DNA of 64,000 bases from Candidatus Methylomirabilia bacterium (GTDB lineage Bacteria > Methylomirabilota > Methylomirabilia > Rokubacteriales > CSP1-6), in the NCBI GenBank assembly GCA_046758965.1, contig JBHIBG010000006.1, positions 212-64,211 on the forward strand, read 5' to 3'. Every line of letters begins with the position of its first letter. Position 1 is the first letter of the stretch. Position numbers and translations under genes: made by a program. Shown one piece after another: positions 9,844-19,385 of the stretch. The notes beneath the pieces were generated by a model, which worked only from the letters and a program-made list of their open reading frames with translations, was not told where the DNA came from and did not search any database.

Positions 9844-10548
9844 TCAGATGCCGAGGTATGCGGACCTCACCATGTCGTTGTTGAGCAGGCTCTCTGCGCT
9901 CCCCTCATAGGCCAGGTGACCGTGCTCCAGCACGTAGCCGCGGTGAGAACGCTGCAGCGCCTGCATGGCGTTTTGCTCGATCAGCAGGATCGACACGTTG
10001 TTGCGGTTGATCTCCCTGACCACGCGGAACATTTCGCCCACCAACACGGGAGCCAGCCCGGTCGAGGGTTCGTCGAGGATCAACAACTTCGGAGAGGACA
10101 TCAGCCCCCGCGCGATCGCCAGCATCTGTTGCTCGCCGCCGGACATCGTGCTCACCTGCTGGGACTGCCGCTCCCTCAGCGGAGGAAACAATTCGAACAC
10201 CCACTCCATTCGTTTGTCGAGCTCCCGGCGAGCTGCCTTGGCGTAGGAACCGATCTTCAGGTTTTGCCGGACCGTGAGGCGGGGAAAGAGCATCCGGCCC
10301 TCGGGCACCTGCACCAAACCCATTTCCACCAGCTGATGGGGCGGAACGCGCAGGATGGAGACGCCACGGTAGCGGATGTCCCCCGAGCTCGGCCGCAGGA
10401 TCCCGCTGATCGTGTTCACCGTGGTGGTCTTGCCGGCACCGTTGGCGCCGATGAGGGTGACGATCTCTCTCGCGCCCACGGCGAGAGAGAGATCGAAGAT
10501 CACTTGGATATCGCCGTAGAAGACTGAAATGCGCTCGACTTCAAGCAC
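9844..10548 (-). CDS. ABC transporter ATP-binding protein (LivF-like).
   Basis: Walker A GANGAGKTTT, signature MSGGEQQML, Walker B LLILDEP. Last gene of the minus-strand liv-type operon. Confidence 0.85.
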   Translation of the reverse strand: MLEVERISVFYGDIQVIFDLSLAVGAREIVTLIGANGAGKTTTVNTISGILRPSSGDIRYRGVSILRVPPHQLVEMGLVQVPEGRMLFPRLTVRQNLKIGSYAKAARRELDKRMEWVFELFPPLRERQSQQVSTMSGGEQQMLAIARGLMSSPKLLILDEPSTGLAPVLVGEMFRVVREINRNNVSILLIEQNAMQALQRSHRGYVLEHGHLAYEGSAESLLNNDMVRSAYLGI

Positions 10549-10561
10549 CGCGGCCTCTTCT

Positions 10562-11296
10562 TTACAGCTGCGACCCCAGATAGGCCTTGATCACGGTCTC
10601 ATCCTGGGAGATTGAGACGGGATCGCCCTCCGCAATTTTTTCCCCGTGGTGCAGGACGATGATCTGGTTGCAGAGCCCCATGACGGCCCTCATCACGTGC
10701 TCGATGAGAAGCACGGTAATGCCACGCTGGTTGATCTGACGGATGGTGTCCATCATCTCCAGCGTTTCCCTCGGTGTCAGGCCTGCGATCACCTCGTCCA
10801 GCATCAGCAGCCGCGGATTGGTGGCCAGGGCTCGGGCGATCTCCAGGCGCTTTCGATCCAGCGGGATCAACTCCTCCGCGCGCTTGTCCCCACTGGCACC
10901 CAGGTGGACGAACCTCAGGATCTCCACGATCTCCTGCTCGATCCGGCCCGGCGTCGGAGGGCCCTGGCGTCTGCCGTACAACAGCGCGACCTTGACGTTG
11001 TTCAGGACGGACAGCCCCAGGAAGGGCCTGACGCTTTGGTAGGTGCGCGAGATGCCCATCCGGCAGATCTTGTTCGGCGCGAGCCCCGTGATCTCCCTGT
11101 CTGCGAAGAGTACCCTTCCCGCGGTGGGCTTGTAGTTGCCGGCGATGACGTTGAACAGCGTCGTCTTTCCGGCTCCGTTCGGACCGATGATGCCGGTAAT
11201 GGCGCCTTCCGCCACGTCGAAGTCAACCCCGCTCAGCGCTCTGAGGCCGCTGAAGTCCATGGTCGCCCCGCGCACCTGCATCAGTGGCGAGGTCAT
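10562..11296 (-). CDS. ABC transporter ATP-binding protein (LivG-like).
   Basis: Walker A GPNGAGKTTLFN and ABC signature. 4-nt overlap with the upstream permease gene. Confidence 0.85.
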   Translation of the reverse strand: MTSPLMQVRGATMDFSGLRALSGVDFDVAEGAITGIIGPNGAGKTTLFNVIAGNYKPTAGRVLFADREITGLAPNKICRMGISRTYQSVRPFLGLSVLNNVKVALLYGRRQGPPTPGRIEQEIVEILRFVHLGASGDKRAEELIPLDRKRLEIARALATNPRLLMLDEVIAGLTPRETLEMMDTIRQINQRGITVLLIEHVMRAVMGLCNQIIVLHHGEKIAEGDPVSISQDETVIKAYLGSQL

Positions 11297-12234
11297 TTGT
11301 CTACCTCCAGCATCGACAGCCGACTCAGCAGCCTTTCCACGGGCGCGAGACGGGCCAGCCCGCCGGGCATGAACAGCCCCACCAGCACGATCACCAGGCC
11401 GAGCATGGCCCCGTGCAGGTGAGCCAGGTTCGTCCAGATCACCTCCTCCGCCGAGTAGAGGAACAGGGCGCCGATCACCGGCCCGACCAGCAGCCCCGAG
11501 CCGCCCAGCATGGCCATGGCGATCGGGGTCAGGGCGATCTTCAGGCCGTAAACATCGCCGGGGATAATGTAGTTAAAATACCAGGTGTAGAGCCCACCCA
11601 TCACTCCCGGGAAAATGCTGCTGATCATCAGCGCTTGAGCTTTCACGCCGAAGGTCGGCACGCCGAAGTCCCGCGCAACCTGCTCGTCCTCACGGATCGT
11701 CCTCATCGCCAGTCCCAGCCGGGAACGGCTGATCAGCCAGGAGCATGCCACCACTGCCACCACAACCGCCAAAGATAAGTAAAACACCGGTACCGTGCGC
11801 TCGGCCGCCTCGATCTTCAAGCCATTGGCGCCTCCGGTCAGCCAGCTCAGGTTGATGGTGATGTACTCCATCAACTTCACGAGCCCGAAGGTCGCCAGGG
11901 AGAAATAGGCCCCCCTGAGCCGGAAGAACGCGGGACTGATGAGCCCCGCGAACACCACCACGATCACCGCCGTCATCGCCAGGGAGAACGGGAACGGCAC
12001 CCCCTCGTTGAACAGGATGCCGAAGGCGTAGGTTCCCACCCCGAAGAAGGTGATGTGGCCCAGGTTGATGTAGCCCATGTAGCCGCCGACGATATCGTAG
12101 CTCTGGGCCAGCACGATGTTCAGGAAGAGGAAGGTGAAGATCTGCAGGATGTAGTTCCGCGCTTCGAGCGGCAGCAGCGGCAGGAACAGCAGAACGACGA
12201 GGGTCGCCAGGATGGGCGGGATCGGCTTCTTCAT
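11293..12234 (-). CDS. Branched-chain-amino-acid-type ABC transporter permease (LivM-like).
   Basis: 313-aa polytopic membrane protein, LivM-family pattern, in operon. Confidence 0.85.
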   Translation of the reverse strand: MKKPIPPILATLVVLLFLPLLPLEARNYILQIFTFLFLNIVLAQSYDIVGGYMGYINLGHITFFGVGTYAFGILFNEGVPFPFSLAMTAVIVVVFAGLISPAFFRLRGAYFSLATFGLVKLMEYITINLSWLTGGANGLKIEAAERTVPVFYLSLAVVVAVVACSWLISRSRLGLAMRTIREDEQVARDFGVPTFGVKAQALMISSIFPGVMGGLYTWYFNYIIPGDVYGLKIALTPIAMAMLGGSGLLVGPVIGALFLYSAEEVIWTNLAHLHGAMLGLVIVLVGLFMPGGLARLAPVERLLSRLSMLEVDK

Positions 12235-12241
12235 TCCCCCC

Positions 12242-13114
12242 TTATTTCCCGAGCAGTCCCGTGGGTCGGACCAGCAAGGTGACCACGAGCAATAGATACG
12301 CCACCGTCTGCCCCCAGGCGGGATTGAAGAAGCCGACGAACGATTCGCCCAGGCCGATGATGGCGCCCCCCAGGGCCACTCCCAGGAAGCTTCCCAGTCC
12401 GCCCATGACGATGATGCACAGGTACTTCAGGGTCAGCGGCAGACCCATGTTGGGCGCCACATAATGATGTATCACCTCGAACCCGCCGGCCGCGGCGGCC
12501 AGCAACGTGCCGATGCCGAAGGCGATCGCGTTGATGCGTCCTGCGTTGACGCCGGTCAGGATCGCCCCGCGCCTGCTCTGGGTCACCGCCTGGACGGCCA
12601 GGCCGAGGTAGGTATACTTCAGGAACAGAAACAGCCCGACGATCAACCCCAGCACCAGCCCGAACACGAGCAGCTTCAGCGACGGCAAATACAGACCGCC
12701 GATCACCAAAGTCGGTAAAAAGAGGTCCACGCTCTTTTCGAACTGCACGTCCTGCGATGAAAACGCCGCCACATCCTCGATGATCAGCGCGGCCCCCAAC
12801 GTCACCAAGATCGCCGAGGCCAGCCGGACGTGCTCCTTGTGCTGAGTCAGCGGCTTGATCAGCGCCCTCTCGAAGGCATAGCCTCCCAAAAAAAACATCG
12901 GCGTGACGAGGGCGACCAGCAGAAACGGATCCCATCCCAGGTTGTCGAACAACACGAACACGATGAACCCGGACACCATCAGGAATTCCCCGTGGGCGAG
13001 GTTCAACACGCCGCTCACACCGAAGATCAGGGCGAGGCCAAACGCCGCCAAGGCGTAGACCCCGCCCAGGAGAACCCCGTTGATAGTCAACTGCGCCAGG
13101 ATGGTGAGGTCCAT
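12242..13114 (-). CDS. Branched-chain-amino-acid-type ABC transporter permease (LivH-like).
   Basis: Start taken at MDLTILAQ. This ATG overlaps the stop of the upstream SBP gene (ATGA, 13112-13116), which supports the start. Conserved LNLAHGEF motif. Confidence 0.85.
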   Translation of the reverse strand: MDLTILAQLTINGVLLGGVYALAAFGLALIFGVSGVLNLAHGEFLMVSGFIVFVLFDNLGWDPFLLVALVTPMFFLGGYAFERALIKPLTQHKEHVRLASAILVTLGAALIIEDVAAFSSQDVQFEKSVDLFLPTLVIGGLYLPSLKLLVFGLVLGLIVGLFLFLKYTYLGLAVQAVTQSRRGAILTGVNAGRINAIAFGIGTLLAAAAGGFEVIHHYVAPNMGLPLTLKYLCIIVMGGLGSFLGVALGGAIIGLGESFVGFFNPAWGQTVAYLLLVVTLLVRPTGLLGK

Positions 13115-14355
13115 CACCACCGGCCGTTCTTGAACTCGTGGGTCCTCACGCCCTGATCCAAGGGCCAAAGGGAGACAGGCTTTCCTTTCTTGATCTGGGT
13201 CGGCCAGGGGTGGAGGGTGCCGTAGCCGCGCTCGTCATGCTTGACCACCAGCTCGCCCCCGAAGAGTAACAGGTTCGTTTCCCACATGGCCTTGCGGACC
13301 GCCTCCGGGTCCAGGCTGCCGGCGCGCTTGAGCGCGTCCTCGATCCGCTTAAAGGCGTTGTAGCGGATGCCGGCCTCCGAGTACTGCCACGGCTCGAACC
13401 CGGCCGCCCGGCAGGCAGCCAGAAACTCCTTGTGGTCCGCCGTCGTGCCCTCATAGGAATACCTGGCCGACACGATGTTCTCCGCCGATCTCCCCATCGC
13501 CTTGATCACCGGCACCGGCGCGTGACCCACGACGACATCCTTCGGGTTGAGCCCCAACTCCCGCGCCTGCTTCAAAAATCCGATGTTCCAGGGCGGGGGC
13601 AGCGCCTCCACGAACACCACGTCCGGGCTCTTCTGCTTCATCGCGAGGATGATCGAGGAGAAGTCCTTGGTGTCCTTGGGCGCGATCTCCTGGAAGACGA
13701 CCTGGAATCCGGCCTTCCTCAGCCAGTCGCCAAACCCTTGCATCGCCTGGTTGTCGTGCAGGTTGTCCCTGGAGAGCAGGGCGAACGTCTTCACCCCGCC
13801 CTTCCGCGCATAGAGCTCTGCAACCCGCTTGTATTCCCACTGGGCCGGGGCCAGCCCGGTGGTCCGCCACCTATTCGGCTTCTCAAACATGACCGAGTCG
13901 TTGGCCTCCACCATGAAAAACGGGATCTTGTGTGTCGCGGTGGCTTGCAGGGCCGCGTTGGTGATGAAGCTGGAGAACGGCCCGATGAACACATGCACCT
14001 TGTCCACCGTCGCCATGCGCTCGTAGAACTTGAGGGCGGTGGGCGGGCTGGTCTGGTCGTCGTAGATGACGAACCGTACCGGCAACGATTTACCCAGCTT
14101 GCTCAGGTAGATGCCTCCGCGCGCGTTGAGCTGCTTGGCCCACGCCTTGGCAAGCTTCGGAAAAGGCTTCACGATCCCCAGGAACGGTCCGGATTGAGCC
14201 AGCGTCCCGCCGATCACGATCTCGGTGGCCGTCTGGGCCAGCGCCTTCGATTGGATCGGGATCACCGCCATGCCGGTGGAAAGCGCCGCCAGAGAGATGA
14301 ATTTCCTGCGGGTGATCGGACGGTAGAGTGTCGAGTGGCTTTCGTTTCCGTTCAT
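13114..14355 (-). CDS. ABC transporter substrate-binding protein (LivK-like), Tat signal.
   Basis: ATG at 14355 preceded by GGAGGA. Signal RRKFISLAALSTGMAV. PBP type I family. First gene of the minus-strand operon. Confidence 0.85.
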   Translation of the reverse strand: MNGNESHSTLYRPITRRKFISLAALSTGMAVIPIQSKALAQTATEIVIGGTLAQSGPFLGIVKPFPKLAKAWAKQLNARGGIYLSKLGKSLPVRFVIYDDQTSPPTALKFYERMATVDKVHVFIGPFSSFITNAALQATATHKIPFFMVEANDSVMFEKPNRWRTTGLAPAQWEYKRVAELYARKGGVKTFALLSRDNLHDNQAMQGFGDWLRKAGFQVVFQEIAPKDTKDFSSIILAMKQKSPDVVFVEALPPPWNIGFLKQARELGLNPKDVVVGHAPVPVIKAMGRSAENIVSARYSYEGTTADHKEFLAACRAAGFEPWQYSEAGIRYNAFKRIEDALKRAGSLDPEAVRKAMWETNLLLFGGELVVKHDERGYGTLHPWPTQIKKGKPVSLWPLDQGVRTHEFKNGRW

Positions 14356-14825
14356 AAATCCTCCCCTACGCCCCAATAGGCGTATAGACCCCCCTGTGAA
14401 CTTCTGTTAGTTCCACTCTTTACGGCCCGAGAAAAGCCCCAGGAGGCCGCAGTAGCTGAGTATTCTAAGCCTGCCCGAGTGGAAGAACAAGGGTCACAGC
14501 CGAGTCATCCCCCCCTTCGCGCCCGCACCGGCTCCGGCACGGGCAATCGTGCCAGTGCCAGCCGACCCCCGGCTGGCACACCCCGGCCTCGGTGGCCCGG
14601 ACGACCGGGGCAGCGGCATCACGCCGGTCCGGTGCCAACTTCGGGCAGTTTCGGCAACATGCCTCCGGCCCTGGACGAGGCCAGAGTACGCCGATGAACC
14701 AATGGAATCTCTTATTTGCGCCCGTTGGCACAATATTTGCTTCGTTACTCGTGCGGAGGGAACTCGTCTGCCGCTGGAGGCGTGATGAACACAACTGCCG
14801 GCTCCCAGAGCCCGGATCAACCCAG

Positions 14826-15197
14826 ATGAAATCCAGCAGGATCATCGTAGCCGTCGCCATCCTCACCACACTCTCCGGCTGTCAATTCGGACAACATACC
14901 ACCGTTCCCGACGACCTCATCGGCGTATGGAAGACCTCGGCCCCGAAATACGCGGACCGCTTTTTCGAGATCACGAAAGACACCATCATCTTTGGAACCG
15001 GGAACGGCAACACTACCGTCCACCCCATCTGGAAGATCGAAACAGCTCGTGACTCTTACGACACCCTATACACCATCTCCTACGTGGCGTTAGAAGGAGA
15101 AGTATACAACTTCTCCTTCTACCACGCTCTCACAGGCGGTGGCGTGATTCGATTCAAGAATCAAAAACAGATGACCTGGACGAAAGCGAGGCGATAA
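14826..15197 (+). CDS. Hypothetical lipoprotein (123 aa).
   Basis: MKSSRIIVAVAILTTLSGC has a signal peptide with lipobox LSGC. The ORF-track entry 14592..15197 is an in-frame extension with no better start. Confidence 0.5.
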   Translation: MKSSRIIVAVAILTTLSGCQFGQHTTVPDDLIGVWKTSAPKYADRFFEITKDTIIFGTGNGNTTVHPIWKIETARDSYDTLYTISYVALEGEVYNFSFYHALTGGGVIRFKNQKQMTWTKARR

Positions 15198-15200
15198 GCG

Positions 15201-15782
15201 ATGAAGCGGTACAAGAGAAGGCAGATTCTTGTTGATGCCTTTCAATACAGGCTCCTGGGCATCAACCTCCTTCACTTTCTCACCATCCTCATGATCTTTG
15301 CCGCCGCCCTCTTCGCTCCGCTGATGATACAGCTGGACAGCGGCACGCTCTCCTGGGGCGAGAAGCAGGAAGTCGCGAGTGAATTCCTATCGCTCCATGC
15401 GCGGGTGTGGCCACCCCTCTTCGCTACCCTCGTGCTCCTCTCCATCCACGCGATCTTTGTTTCGCATCGAATTGCGGGACCGCTCTACCAGTTTCGGAAG
15501 CTCTTCACACTGGTCGCCCAGGGGAACCTCTCGGTGCGCGCAACCATCCGGAAGCATGACTATCTGGGGAAAGACGCCGAGAGCATCAACGAAATGATCG
15601 CAGCCTTGCGGACAAGGATCACAGGCATCGAAGAGCAGTACGAGGAAGTTCATGCGGTGTTGACCGAACTCAAGAGAGCCATCGACAGCAGCTCCGTGGA
15701 AGACATGAATGAGCAGATCAAGCACCTTGAGCTCCGGATGGACCGGCTAAAGGTATCCGTGAATCAATTCAGAACTGCTTAG
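15201..15782 (+). CDS. Membrane protein with two TM helices and a HAMP domain, no output domain.
   Basis: Two hydrophobic helices then RIAGPLYQFRKLFTLVAQGNLSVRATI, a HAMP-type amphipathic linker, followed by a coiled coil. Begins 3 nt after the lipoprotein gene. Confidence 0.55.
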   Translation: MKRYKRRQILVDAFQYRLLGINLLHFLTILMIFAAALFAPLMIQLDSGTLSWGEKQEVASEFLSLHARVWPPLFATLVLLSIHAIFVSHRIAGPLYQFRKLFTLVAQGNLSVRATIRKHDYLGKDAESINEMIAALRTRITGIEEQYEEVHAVLTELKRAIDSSSVEDMNEQIKHLELRMDRLKVSVNQFRTA

Positions 15783-15881
15783 GAGACACGCGTGGAAGAT
15801 CATTTCGCCGGTGCCCGGCGGGCAAGCGCACCGCAAGCCTGGGCCACGCGGTAGAGACAGATCCGAAGAGATCTCGCAGCG

Positions 15882-16445
15882 ATGGCCCAACTCGGTTTGT
15901 CTCCGCCGAAACGGCCTCTAGGCTCTGCGCCTTCCGGTCGCCAGAGTCGCAAACAGTGCCGTCGTGGGTTTACGCTCATCGAGCTGGTGATCGCAATGGC
16001 GCTCTTCGGGACGCTGGCCGCCATCGGGATACCTCTATACGCGAACTACCTCGAAAAGGCGAAGATCGCTAAGGCCATCGCGGACGTTAAAGCGGTTGGA
16101 GTAGAAATCAGGTTCTATGAGCTCTCCGCCGGAGATCTGCCTGACTCACTTGCCGACGTGGGAAGGGGAAGTTTTGCCGATCCGTGGGCAAATCCCTACG
16201 AATACCTGAAAATCGCCTGTGACGAGAGCGCCGTGTTCGGCAACGCAAAGGGAGGCGGAGGCAAGTGCAGGGCGCCCAAGGGGGCGCGGAGGGACCGGTT
16301 TCTGAGGCCGCTGAACTCGGACTACGACCTGTACAGCAAGGGCAAGAATGGCGTGAGCAAACCACAGCTCAGCGGCCGAGACAGCGCGGATGACATCGTC
16401 CGCGCCAATAATGGGGGATACGTGGGTCTGGCTTCAGACTTCTGA
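15882..16445 (+). CDS. Type II secretion major pseudopilin GspG-like / type IV pilin-like protein.
   Basis: Prepilin-peptidase motif G|FTLIELVIAMALFG. Downstream motifs DPWANPYEY and DYDLYSKGKNG resemble GspG. Leader before the G is unusually long (about 29 aa from ATG 15882, about 24 from an in-frame TTG at 15897), so the true start is uncertain. Confidence 0.7.
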   Translation: MAQLGLSPPKRPLGSAPSGRQSRKQCRRGFTLIELVIAMALFGTLAAIGIPLYANYLEKAKIAKAIADVKAVGVEIRFYELSAGDLPDSLADVGRGSFADPWANPYEYLKIACDESAVFGNAKGGGGKCRAPKGARRDRFLRPLNSDYDLYSKGKNGVSKPQLSGRDSADDIVRANNGGYVGLASDF

Positions 16446-16450
16446 TTCTG

Positions 16451-19189
16451 GTGCAAACCGTGAAATTTGACGCGACATTCCTCCGCAGCAAGGTGGGACG
16501 CCGAATGTTCGTGCTCTTCATCTTCTGCGCCCTCCTTCCGATCGCAGCCCTGGCAATCATCTCCTTTACCCACGTGACGAGCCAGCTCAACGACCAGAGC
16601 CAGAGGCGACTCCACCAGGCGAGCAAGGCCGTGGGCATGGCCATTTACGAGCGGCTCTTGTTTCTCGAGGCCGAGATGAAGATGGTCGCCGCCAACCTTC
16701 ATGCCGGCACCGGCGCTCCTATCAAGACGCCGTCCGAAGGATTCTGGGAAGACCTCTCGCAGCGGTTCGAGGCCCTGGCCCTTGTCACCGATGCCGGCAG
16801 GTATCCGCCTCTCTTCGGCCGTATCCGGAACCCGCCGCAACTCACCGCGGCGGAGAAGCGACACCTCAGCTCCGGCAAGACCGTCGTATCCACCCAGCAT
16901 CGTCCGGATCGTCCGTCGCGCATATTCGTGAGTCGGCTCCTCGATCCACAGCGCCCGGGCCGGGGAATCCTGCTGGGAGAGATCAACCACACGTACCTCT
17001 GGGGCATAGGGGACGAGAGCAGTCTGCCGGCGATGACCGAGCTGTGTGTGCTGGATCAATCGAACAATGTCCTCATCTGCTCGTTTCCGGGCCCCGCATC
17101 ACTTCCCGACCACGTCGCGCTCACAATGACCGGGTCCCCTTCAGGCCAATTCGAGTGGAGACACGGAGGGAAAGAGTACCTGGCAAGCTCCTGGCCCATT
17201 CCGCTCGAGTTCACTTTTTTCACTCCCACGTGGACGGTGGTCTTGGGTGAATCAAAGGCGAATGTGCTCGCCCCAATGGCGAACTTCAAGAAAACGTTCC
17301 CCCTGGTCATCCTCGTGTCCCTGTGGGCGGTCCTCCTGTTGAGCATCAGCCAGATCCGAAGGAGCCTGGTCCCACTCGAAAAGCTCCGCGATGGGACCCG
17401 CCGCATCGCCAGGAGGGAGTTCGCGAGCCGGGTGACGATCGCGAGCGGGGATGAGTTTGAGGAACTCGCCGCATCGTTCAATACCATGGCCAGCCGATTG
17501 GGCAGGCAGTTCCACACCCTGGCCACGATGGCCGAGATCGACCGGGCTATCCTCTCGGTGCTCGACACCGAGAAGATCGTGAACACCGTGCTCAGCAGGA
17601 TGCACGACCTCTTCCCGTGCGATTCCGTCAGCGTGACCCTCCGTGATTCTCAGGCGACGGACACCGCGTGGATATATCTCAGGGACCGCAGCTCCGAGGG
17701 TGAAACGGTGGTGGAGGCTGTCGAGTTCACACCCGACGATATGCAAACCCTGCACGACAATCCAGAAGGCCTAGTCATCGGGCAGGAGGCCATTCCCCGC
17801 TCTCTTGCGCCGCTGGCCAGGCGTAGCATCACATCGTTCATGGTTCTGCCCATTTTCCTCAGACAACAGCTGTCGGGAGTCATCGCCCTGGGGTACCTCG
17901 ATCCGGTTGCGCACAGTCAGGAAGACCTGGTCCAGGCCCGCCAGCTGGCTGACCAGGTCGCGGTGGCTCTGTCAAATGCCCGTGACGTCGCCGAGCGCAA
18001 GCATGCGGAGGAGGAGCTCCAGGAGAGCAACCGTCTTCTGGAGGCGGCGCTCGTCGAGCTGGAGTCGACACAGCAGCAAATCATCCAGCAGGAACGCCTC
18101 CGTGCCCTGGGGCAGATGGCAAGCGGCATTGCCCACGACTTCAACAATGCGCTCTCCCCGATCTTGGGCTTCAGTGAGCTCCTCCTCATCGACCCGGAGC
18201 ATCTGGACAACAAGGAGAAGGTGACCGAGTACTTGCGAATCATGAACACCGCCAGCCGAGACGCCGCGAACGTCGTCAGCCGTCTGCGTGAGTTTTACCG
18301 GCCCCGCGAAGAGAACGAAATCCTGCGGCCTGTCGACCTCAGCCAGCTGGCCGAGCAGAGCATCCAGCTCACGCAGCCCAGGTGGAAAGACCAGGCGCTG
18401 GCCGGCGGCATCACCATCCGCATCGAGACCGACTTGCAGAAGGTCCCGCCGGTCGCCGGCAACGAAGCTGACTTGCGCGAGGTGCTGACCAACCTGATTT
18501 TCAACGCCGTGGACGCGATCCCCGAGAGCGGGACGATCACCTTACGCGCCCGTCCCGATGGCGAACACGCTGTACTGGAGGTGAGCGACACGGGCACGGG
18601 CATGACCGAAGAAGTCCGCCAGCGTTGCCTCGAGCCGTTTTTCTCGACGAAGGAGAATCGCGGCACGGGCCTGGGGCTGTCGATGGTCTACGGCATCATC
18701 CAGCGGCACCAAGGGACGATTGACATCGAAAGTGAGCCGGGCAAAGGGACGACCTTCATCATTCGCCTGCCTGTCCAGACGGAACAGGTGGCGGGAGACG
18801 CGAAGCCGGAAGCACGAGCCCCTTCCCGCCGGCTGCGCGTCCTCGTCGTCGACGACGAACCGTTGGTGTGCAGGGTCATGACCGACTACCTGACCAGCGA
18901 TGGGCACACGGTCGAGACGGCGACGAACGGGCGCGAAGCACTGGAGAAGTTCCGCGCCGGCCAGTTCGATTTGGTGGTGACCGACCAAGGGATGCCTGAG
19001 ATGAGCGGCGACCGGCTCGCAGCGGCCATCAAACGGCTTGCCCCGGACAAGCCCGTCATTCTGGTGACCGGGTTCGGCAAAACGGCGAAAGCCGACGACG
19101 ACAAGCCGGCTGACGTGGACTTTATTGTGAGCAAACCTGTCCCGCTGACCGCGCTGCGGCAGGCGCTGGCGAAGGTGATGGCGGAGTAG
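16451..19189 (+). CDS. Hybrid sensor histidine kinase (TM sensor-HAMP-GAF/PAS-like-HisKA-HATPase-REC).
   Basis: GTG 16451 (alternative ATG 16505). HAMP motif (LVPLEKLRDGTRRIARREF), H-box IAHDFNNALSPILGFSELL, HATPase motifs (DTGTGM, GTGLGLS). C-terminal receiver RVLVVDDEP...DLVVTDQGMP. Confidence 0.85.
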   Translation: MQTVKFDATFLRSKVGRRMFVLFIFCALLPIAALAIISFTHVTSQLNDQSQRRLHQASKAVGMAIYERLLFLEAEMKMVAANLHAGTGAPIKTPSEGFWEDLSQRFEALALVTDAGRYPPLFGRIRNPPQLTAAEKRHLSSGKTVVSTQHRPDRPSRIFVSRLLDPQRPGRGILLGEINHTYLWGIGDESSLPAMTELCVLDQSNNVLICSFPGPASLPDHVALTMTGSPSGQFEWRHGGKEYLASSWPIPLEFTFFTPTWTVVLGESKANVLAPMANFKKTFPLVILVSLWAVLLLSISQIRRSLVPLEKLRDGTRRIARREFASRVTIASGDEFEELAASFNTMASRLGRQFHTLATMAEIDRAILSVLDTEKIVNTVLSRMHDLFPCDSVSVTLRDSQATDTAWIYLRDRSSEGETVVEAVEFTPDDMQTLHDNPEGLVIGQEAIPRSLAPLARRSITSFMVLPIFLRQQLSGVIALGYLDPVAHSQEDLVQARQLADQVAVALSNARDVAERKHAEEELQESNRLLEAALVELESTQQQIIQQERLRALGQMASGIAHDFNNALSPILGFSELLLIDPEHLDNKEKVTEYLRIMNTASRDAANVVSRLREFYRPREENEILRPVDLSQLAEQSIQLTQPRWKDQALAGGITIRIETDLQKVPPVAGNEADLREVLTNLIFNAVDAIPESGTITLRARPDGEHAVLEVSDTGTGMTEEVRQRCLEPFFSTKENRGTGLGLSMVYGIIQRHQGTIDIESEPGKGTTFIIRLPVQTEQVAGDAKPEARAPSRRLRVLVVDDEPLVCRVMTDYLTSDGHTVETATNGREALEKFRAGQFDLVVTDQGMPEMSGDRLAAAIKRLAPDKPVILVTGFGKTAKADDDKPADVDFIVSKPVPLTALRQALAKVMAE

Positions 19190-19385
19190 ATGTCACTGCA
19201 GCCGATCCGGGTTACCCGAGCGGCGGCCGTCATCAGCCGGAAGCACTCGCCGGCAAGCTGGTGACCAGGAGCTCATCGACGGCTCCAGAGCGGGGCCACC
19301 CAGCCCCACCAGTGGCTGTGGGCGGCCAGGAGATCAAGGAGCAGGACGCCGCCGCGTTTCTCTCCCGCCGCGTGTCGGATATACT

